DNA of 64,000 nt from an uncultured bacterium. GTDB lineage: Bacteria > Bacillota_I > Bacilli_A > RFN20 > CAG-826. The number at the start of each line of letters is the position of its first letter. The stretch's first letter is position 1. Below are positions 58,258 through 64,000 of the stretch, piece by piece. The stretch spans positions 68,980 to 132,979 of the forward strand of contig CASEVI010000001.1 in assembly GCA_949291375.1 (NCBI GenBank), written 5' to 3'. Both the position numbers and the translations under genes were made by a program. Below the pieces are notes generated by a model. The model worked only from the letters and a program-made list of their open reading frames with translations, was not told where the DNA came from and searched no databases.

Positions 58258-58800
58258 TTACTTATTACTTTTAAAATTAATTACAATATTTCCTATGATT
58301 TTTTCATTAATAAATAATAAACATTCATTAATTATTTTTGTTTCATCATAATTTGAATCAATAAATAAATCTAAAATTAAATCAGAAATGCTAAAAGATA
58401 AATATTTAGCAATTTTTCTTTTTGTATATGAATCAATTGATTCATACTTATTTAAAAATAATGAAAAAGATTGAAAAAAATAAGAAAAGGAAAAATCTTT
58501 CAAAGCTTGAAAAGCGTTAGAATCTGCGACTTCTTTATTAAACATTTCGTCTTTATATAAAAAGAAAACAAATTCTTTAATTATTTCTTTTATTGATGCT
58601 AAATTTGTAGCGACAAGCCTTTTATTTATATAAATTGAAAGAATCAAATCATAAATATTTTTATAATGATAATAAAATGTTTGACGAGTTATTTTTAAAA
58701 CATTGCAAAGCTTAGAAACATCAATTTCTTCTAAAGGAATTTTTCTAGCAAGTTTAATAAATGTATCTTGAATTCTATTTTCTAAAGATGAACTTACCAT
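58258..58800 (-). CDS. TetR/AcrR family transcriptional regulator
   Basis: IDVSKLCNVLKITRQTFYYHYKNIYDL HTH. Confidence 0.88.
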   Translation of the reverse strand: MVSSSLENRIQDTFIKLARKIPLEEIDVSKLCNVLKITRQTFYYHYKNIYDLILSIYINKRLVATNLASIKEIIKEFVFFLYKDEMFNKEVADSNAFQALKDFSFSYFFQSFSLFLNKYESIDSYTKRKIAKYLSFSISDLILDLFIDSNYDETKIINECLLFINEKIIGNIVINFKSNK

Positions 58801-61312
58801 GATATTTCTCCTTTAATTTTAAAATTAATCGATATATAAAATATAAGAAAATATATGTTAATAAAAGAATAAATGTTGCAATATATTCTTCTAAACTCAT
58901 ATATCTAGGAGCTGGCGAATTACCATTAATTAATAACCAGTTAACACCAAAAGTTGACCATAAATATAAAGAAAATACTAAAAATGCTGCCAAAATTAAT
59001 ATTGAGGTTCTATATTTATTTAAAGGACGAGAAATTTCAATTAAAGGAATAAATGACCCTAAAGAAATAAATAATGTTGCGATATTTAAAATTTGAAACC
59101 TATCGAAATAAGATTGGAAACCTAAGAAGAATATTAAATATAATAAAATAATTGCTAAACCAAGCAAAACTCCATGAGGTAAAGCATTTTTAATAATATT
59201 TTTTAAGAAGTCGCCTTTAATAATATTTTTATTTGGTTCTAAAGCTAAAAGGAAAGCTGAAACTCCGATTGTACATAATTCCCAACAATAGAAATTATTT
59301 GGAGCAAATGGCCAAAGTTGTGCGTTAGAACTTCCAAATTGTGTAACTAAAGCATAAATAAGGAAGAAAACATTTAATAAAACTGCAAAAATCGTTTTTG
59401 TTAAAAATAAAGAACAAGTTCTCTGAAGATTATTAATAACTCTTCTTCCTTGAAAAACGACATCAGGTAATTTAGTAAAATCATTATTTAACAAAACTAA
59501 ATTGGCAATATCTCTACTTGCCTTACTTCCACTTTCTAAAGCAATTGAAACATCAGCACTTTTTAAAGATAAAATATCATTAATTCCATCACCAACCATT
59601 GCAACAGTATGATTATTTTGTCTTAAACTTTTAACAATTAATTCTTTTTGTTCAGGAGAAACTCTTCCAAAAATAGTATATTTTAAAGCCGCTTCTTTTA
59701 CTTCTTCGTTACTTAAGTTTTCTAAAGAAATATATTTATCAGCATTTTTAACTCCACTAGCTTCAGCGATTTTTAAAACTGTTAAAGGATTATCTCCGCT
59801 AATAACTTTTATATCAACATCATTATCGTTAAACCATTTTATAGATTCTTTCGCTTCTTCTCGAATATGATCTTGTAATAAAATTACCGCAATCGCTTCA
59901 ATATCATCCGGTAATTTATTATTAACTATTTTCCCTTTTGATAAACCTACAACTAATGTTCTAAATCCAGCAAGAGAATTTTCTTCAATATAATCTTTAA
60001 TTTCATCGCTATTTTTTAATTCGAAGAAATTATAAGCTCCAATAATTAAAGTTCCATTATCTTCAAGTTCAGCAGCACTATATTTGTAAACGCTAGAAAA
60101 AGGAATATAAGTTAGTACTTTAAATATTTTTTTACTTTCAAAATATTTTAATAAAGCATTCGAAGTCTCATTATCTTCACCTAATTTATGGCAATAAGAA
60201 GCAATTAAAGCTTCAAAACGGTCATGAGTCAAATTTTTTGTAAACAATTTATAATTAAATACCGATAAAGATCCATCTGTAATTGTTCCGGTTTTATCAA
60301 TACATAAAGTATCAACTCTAGCTAATGTTTCTTGAGAATACATATCTTTAACAAGAACTTTTTGTGAACTTAATTTAATTACACCAACCGCTAAAGCAAC
60401 ACTGGTTAAAAGATACATTCCAGAAGGAATCATTGAAACTAATGATCCAGCTAAAGTTAAAATAATTCGATTATTTTCAACTAGCCATTCAAAAATACTA
60501 TTTATATCGTGATCTATATTTATAATAGAAATAACTCCGAATTCGATTAAATCTAATATTCCAATACAAATAACAAAAATACCAATTACTCTAAATAACC
60601 TATTAAGTTGAATGAACATTTTCGAATGAGGTTCTTTAAATTCTTTACTTTTAAGTTGAAGTTTAGAAATATAATTTTCTTCGCCCACCTTATCAACGCG
60701 TGCATAAAAGGAACCATTAGTTACATAAGTTCCGCTATATAATTTACTATTTAAAACTTTTTTAGAAGGAATTGATTCCCCTGTTAATAAAGATTCATTT
60801 ACACTTCCTTCACCATTGATTAATATTGAATCACAAGGAATTTTTGTATCTTTTTTACAAAAAATAATATCATCTAGAACAATATCATCACTTGAAATTT
60901 CAATTTTTTTACCATCACGAATAACAGTTACCAAATCTTTTTCAATTAAGGAAAGTTTATCTACTGCTATTTTTGCTCTAATATCTTGGAATAATCCAAT
61001 TCCTAGATTAAAAATTAAAATTAAAAGGAAAATAGTTGAAGACCAAAGATTAAAAATAATTAAAACCATGCCAATCAAAACTAAAAGAATATTAAAGAAT
61101 GTAAATACATTTTTACAAATAATACGAAAATAAGTTCCGGAGATTTTAATTTTAGTCTTATTATTTAAATGATCTTGAATTCTTTTTTCTACCTGATAAG
61201 AAGATAAACCTTTCGAGTATTTAGGAGAATATCTTTTTATTATATTTTTCTTACTTTTTGTCTCTTTCTTTTTATTTTTTAATTCTTTAAATTTCTTAAA
61301 CATCTTTAACAT
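58775..61312 (-). CDS. P-type cation-translocating ATPase (CtpE-like)
   Basis: LLTGES, SMIPSG, DKTGT, ISGDNP, GDGIND. Confidence 0.93.
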   Translation of the reverse strand: MLKMFKKFKELKNKKKETKSKKNIIKRYSPKYSKGLSSYQVEKRIQDHLNNKTKIKISGTYFRIICKNVFTFFNILLVLIGMVLIIFNLWSSTIFLLILIFNLGIGLFQDIRAKIAVDKLSLIEKDLVTVIRDGKKIEISSDDIVLDDIIFCKKDTKIPCDSILINGEGSVNESLLTGESIPSKKVLNSKLYSGTYVTNGSFYARVDKVGEENYISKLQLKSKEFKEPHSKMFIQLNRLFRVIGIFVICIGILDLIEFGVISIINIDHDINSIFEWLVENNRIILTLAGSLVSMIPSGMYLLTSVALAVGVIKLSSQKVLVKDMYSQETLARVDTLCIDKTGTITDGSLSVFNYKLFTKNLTHDRFEALIASYCHKLGEDNETSNALLKYFESKKIFKVLTYIPFSSVYKYSAAELEDNGTLIIGAYNFFELKNSDEIKDYIEENSLAGFRTLVVGLSKGKIVNNKLPDDIEAIAVILLQDHIREEAKESIKWFNDNDVDIKVISGDNPLTVLKIAEASGVKNADKYISLENLSNEEVKEAALKYTIFGRVSPEQKELIVKSLRQNNHTVAMVGDGINDILSLKSADVSIALESGSKASRDIANLVLLNNDFTKLPDVVFQGRRVINNLQRTCSLFLTKTIFAVLLNVFFLIYALVTQFGSSNAQLWPFAPNNFYCWELCTIGVSAFLLALEPNKNIIKGDFLKNIIKNALPHGVLLGLAIILLYLIFFLGFQSYFDRFQILNIATLFISLGSFIPLIEISRPLNKYRTSILILAAFLVFSLYLWSTFGVNWLLINGNSPAPRYMSLEEYIATFILLLTYIFLYFIYRLILKLKEKYHGKFIFRK

Positions 61313-61317
61313 ATTTA

Positions 61318-64000
61318 TTAACTCCTCAAAGTTTCAATTATATTTTTCCTACTTGCAATAATTGATGGTGCTAGACCTGATATAAAACCGATTATTATCG
61401 AAATTATTATTAAAATCGGTAAATTGTATGAGGTTACAAAAAATATTGAACCCAAGAAATAATCTTTATATAAATAATTTAATAAATTATTTAATGGAAT
61501 TGTAATTAAAAATGCAATTATAAATCCTAAAATCGAGGAAAATATTGAAATTATAATACTTTCATTAATAAAAATTTGTCCAACTTCACCTTTTTCAATA
61601 CCTAAACTTCTTAAAATTCCTATTTCTTTGCTTCTTTCTAATACAGATGAATAAGTAATTATTCCCATTAATATTGAAGAAACGATTAATGAGATTGAAC
61701 TAAAAATAATTAAAACGATATTCATAATTTCAGTTAGTTCAAATACTTGATTACCTAAAATAGTTACTAAATCAGTGTAATAAACCTGTTCTTCCTTTTT
61801 TGATGCATGAAAATCATCTCCAGGCGTATAAGAAATGACATTATATTCATCCAATAATTTTAAAATTTCATCTTTAGAAACAAGATCTTTTGGATAAATC
61901 ATTATTGATTCAATCTGAGAATAATTATTTAAAAAGGAAACAAAATTTATGAATGCATCATAAAACTCAACATAATTTTGATTTTGTAAATAACCTAAGA
62001 TTTTCATCATCGATTCTTTTAAACCAACTTCAAAAATATAATTAGAATTTAAATTTATTCCCGAAGAAGAAAGTTCTTCCATAAAATCTTTAATTCCATT
62101 AATTAATATGTTTCCGTTAGTTGGTGAATAAAAATCAAAATAATCATCTATTAATGTAGTTACTTTAGAAGCTAAAGCGCTGATTTCATCTGTTCCATAA
62201 ATATCACCATAAAAATCAAATTCTCGGTAAAGATTTAAAATAGCATTTTTAAAGTAGTCAGGATTTTGGTAATTTTTAAAAACAAAATTTTGAATTATTT
62301 TTTTATTAACCTCACTATTCAAATTTTTATTTAATATATCATCGGCTAAATCTTGTTGATAACAGACTCCAACTCCTAAAGAAGAAAGTGTTAAACCTTC
62401 TTTTGGTCTTAATATTCCAACAATTTCAATTTCTTGACCTTTATTGCTATTATAAAGGTCTTCAATTGGATTTTCTTTTATCGTATATATTTCACGTGGA
62501 AAACCGTTTGGCCCAAAAGCATCGAGTTTTTTATTTAAAGCATAATAATCATCATTTGAAAACACTTTAAATTTTTTATTTAAAATATCTTCAAAACCTA
62601 TACCAGTAAATCCATCGAAACCTAAAATAGAAAACATTTCACGTGGAAGTGAATTATATTCGTCTAGAACGAGTATTGCTTCATTTTTATCATTGAAATT
62701 AGGATATTTTCCATCCAATAAATCATAATTTTCTTTTATATAATTTTCACTACCATTTATTGGATGAAAAGTTGTATTTGATGAATAAAAAAACATGGAA
62801 ATAGCATTATTTCTATTTGTCGAAAATTTTTTACTATTGTCAATTAAATACGGTTGCTCTGAAGCATTCTGACCGACCATTTTTAAAGCATAATCTTCGC
62901 TTCTATTAATGATAAAATTTTCCATATAAGGAGTATTATCTTTAATATAATTTAAATAATTTATATATTTTTCACTTAAATAATTAATTTTTACTTCATT
63001 TTGACTTAAAACATTGTCATTTGCTTGTATAATGTTACCATGTGGAAACTCTATTAAACCATTATTTATCGATAAATTATTAACTTCTGTGATAATTGGA
63101 ATTGTTATTGGAAGCATCATTGATGCTTCTTTTTCTACTTTTTTAACATAATTATTAACTCCACTAGATAAAGCTAAAACTAATGATAATCCAATTAATC
63201 CAAAAGAAGATCCTAGAAGTGTTAAAAAACTTCTAATTTTCTTAGAAAATATATTCTTAGCAGTGATTTTTAAACTATTTATAAATGAAAAATTACTTTT
63301 GTGATATTTTTTGTTGATACTATTTATATCAAAATCTGTTAAATTATCTTTATTTATAACTTCTTGATTAGTAATTCTTCCATTCTTTAAATATATTATT
63401 TCATCAGCATAAACTCTTGCTAATTCTTCATTATGAGTTATTAAAATAACAAGTTTAGTAGTAGAAATTTCTTTTAAAAGATCCATTATAATCTCACTAT
63501 TCTTATGATCTAAAGCACCTGTTGGTTCATCCGCTAAAATTGTTGATGGATTTTTAATTAAAGCTCTAGCAATAGAAACTCTTTGTTGCTCTCCACCACT
63601 TAAAAGATTTACTTTTTTCTTTTTGTAACCACTTAAATCGATTTTTTTTAATATTTTATTAACTAATTTATCTTTTTCTCTTCTTTTTATTTTATTATTT
63701 TCTAACCCTATTAAAATATTATCTTCAACAGTCAAATTGGATATTAAATTATATTGTTGAAAAATGAATCCAATATCTTTTAAGCGATAATTATTTGTTT
63801 CTTTTTCATTAAAATTATTAATATTTAAATCATTATAAAAAATTTCACCTTCGCTAGGTTTATCAATTCTACCAATCAAATTTAAAAGAGTTGATTTTCC
63901 ACTCCCAGAAGGACCTAAAATAACATACAATCCTTTATTAGAAAAATCTAAATTTATTTTATCTAAAATAACAAACTTATTACCGTTTTTTAGGTAATAT
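61318..64000 (-). CDS. Fused ABC transporter ATP-binding/permease protein (MacB/FtsX type), 5' end beyond window
   Basis: GPSGSGKST, LSGGEQQR, LADEPTGALD, FtsX permease ERSKEIGILRSLG. The frame is open from 63930 to the window edge. Confidence 0.92.
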   Translation of the reverse strand, partial: YYLKNGNKFVILDKINLDFSNKGLYVILGPSGSGKSTLLNLIGRIDKPSEGEIFYNDLNINNFNEKETNNYRLKDIGFIFQQYNLISNLTVEDNILIGLENNKIKRREKDKLVNKILKKIDLSGYKKKKVNLLSGGEQQRVSIARALIKNPSTILADEPTGALDHKNSEIIMDLLKEISTTKLVILITHNEELARVYADEIIYLKNGRITNQEVINKDNLTDFDINSINKKYHKSNFSFINSLKITAKNIFSKKIRSFLTLLGSSFGLIGLSLVLALSSGVNNYVKKVEKEASMMLPITIPIITEVNNLSINNGLIEFPHGNIIQANDNVLSQNEVKINYLSEKYINYLNYIKDNTPYMENFIINRSEDYALKMVGQNASEQPYLIDNSKKFSTNRNNAISMFFYSSNTTFHPINGSENYIKENYDLLDGKYPNFNDKNEAILVLDEYNSLPREMFSILGFDGFTGIGFEDILNKKFKVFSNDDYYALNKKLDAFGPNGFPREIYTIKENPIEDLYNSNKGQEIEIVGILRPKEGLTLSSLGVGVCYQQDLADDILNKNLNSEVNKKIIQNFVFKNYQNPDYFKNAILNLYREFDFYGDIYGTDEISALASKVTTLIDDYFDFYSPTNGNILINGIKDFMEELSSSGINLNSNYIFEVGLKESMMKILGYLQNQNYVEFYDAFINFVSFLNNYSQIESIMIYPKDLVSKDEILKLLDEYNVISYTPGDDFHASKKEEQVYYTDLVTILGNQVFELTEIMNIVLIIFSSISLIVSSILMGIITYSSVLERSKEIGILRSLGIEKGEVGQIFINESIIISIFSSILGFIIAFLITIPLNNLLNYLYKDYFLGSIFFVTSYNLPILIIISIIIGFISGLAPSIIASRKNIIETLRS

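Overview
A 64-kb, very AT-rich (about 25% GC by eye) chromosomal window from a low-GC Bacilli-like, reduced-genome bacterium. Trp is encoded by TGG, so code 11. The style resembles gut RF39/UBA660-type genomes, which is an inference. It carries housekeeping genes typical of Firmicute origin-proximal regions (prmC-prfA, dnaX-ybaB-recR-tmk-holB, yaaT-rsmI, glyA, pyrG, rlmD, metG, rpmE). The most notable items are: (1) an unannotated, about 363-nt, multi-helix structured RNA candidate with its own promoter and a perfect 13-bp closing stem, lying between holB and GNAT-glyA (5827-6189); I could not match it from memory to RNase P, tmRNA, SRP, 6S or common riboswitches; (2) a DeoR-associated carbohydrate catabolic region (14904-29654) combining a divergent LarA-family (nickel-pincer type) enzyme, TPI-like and NagB-like isomerases, a NitT/TauT-type ABC importer, a TauE/SafE transporter, a PfkA-family kinase, a class II aldolase, NagA and an ROK kinase, with a shared AgaR-like operator motif; (3) an enoate-reductase (OYE) plus two-subunit aconitase X operon that could act as a dehydration-reduction module; (4) repeated parS-core sites with non-canonical flanks; (5) a decayed XRE/ABC-permease locus next to a KAP NTPase and a large SWIM-SNF2 helicase. 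I saw no rRNA, tRNA, CRISPR array, integrase or transposase.
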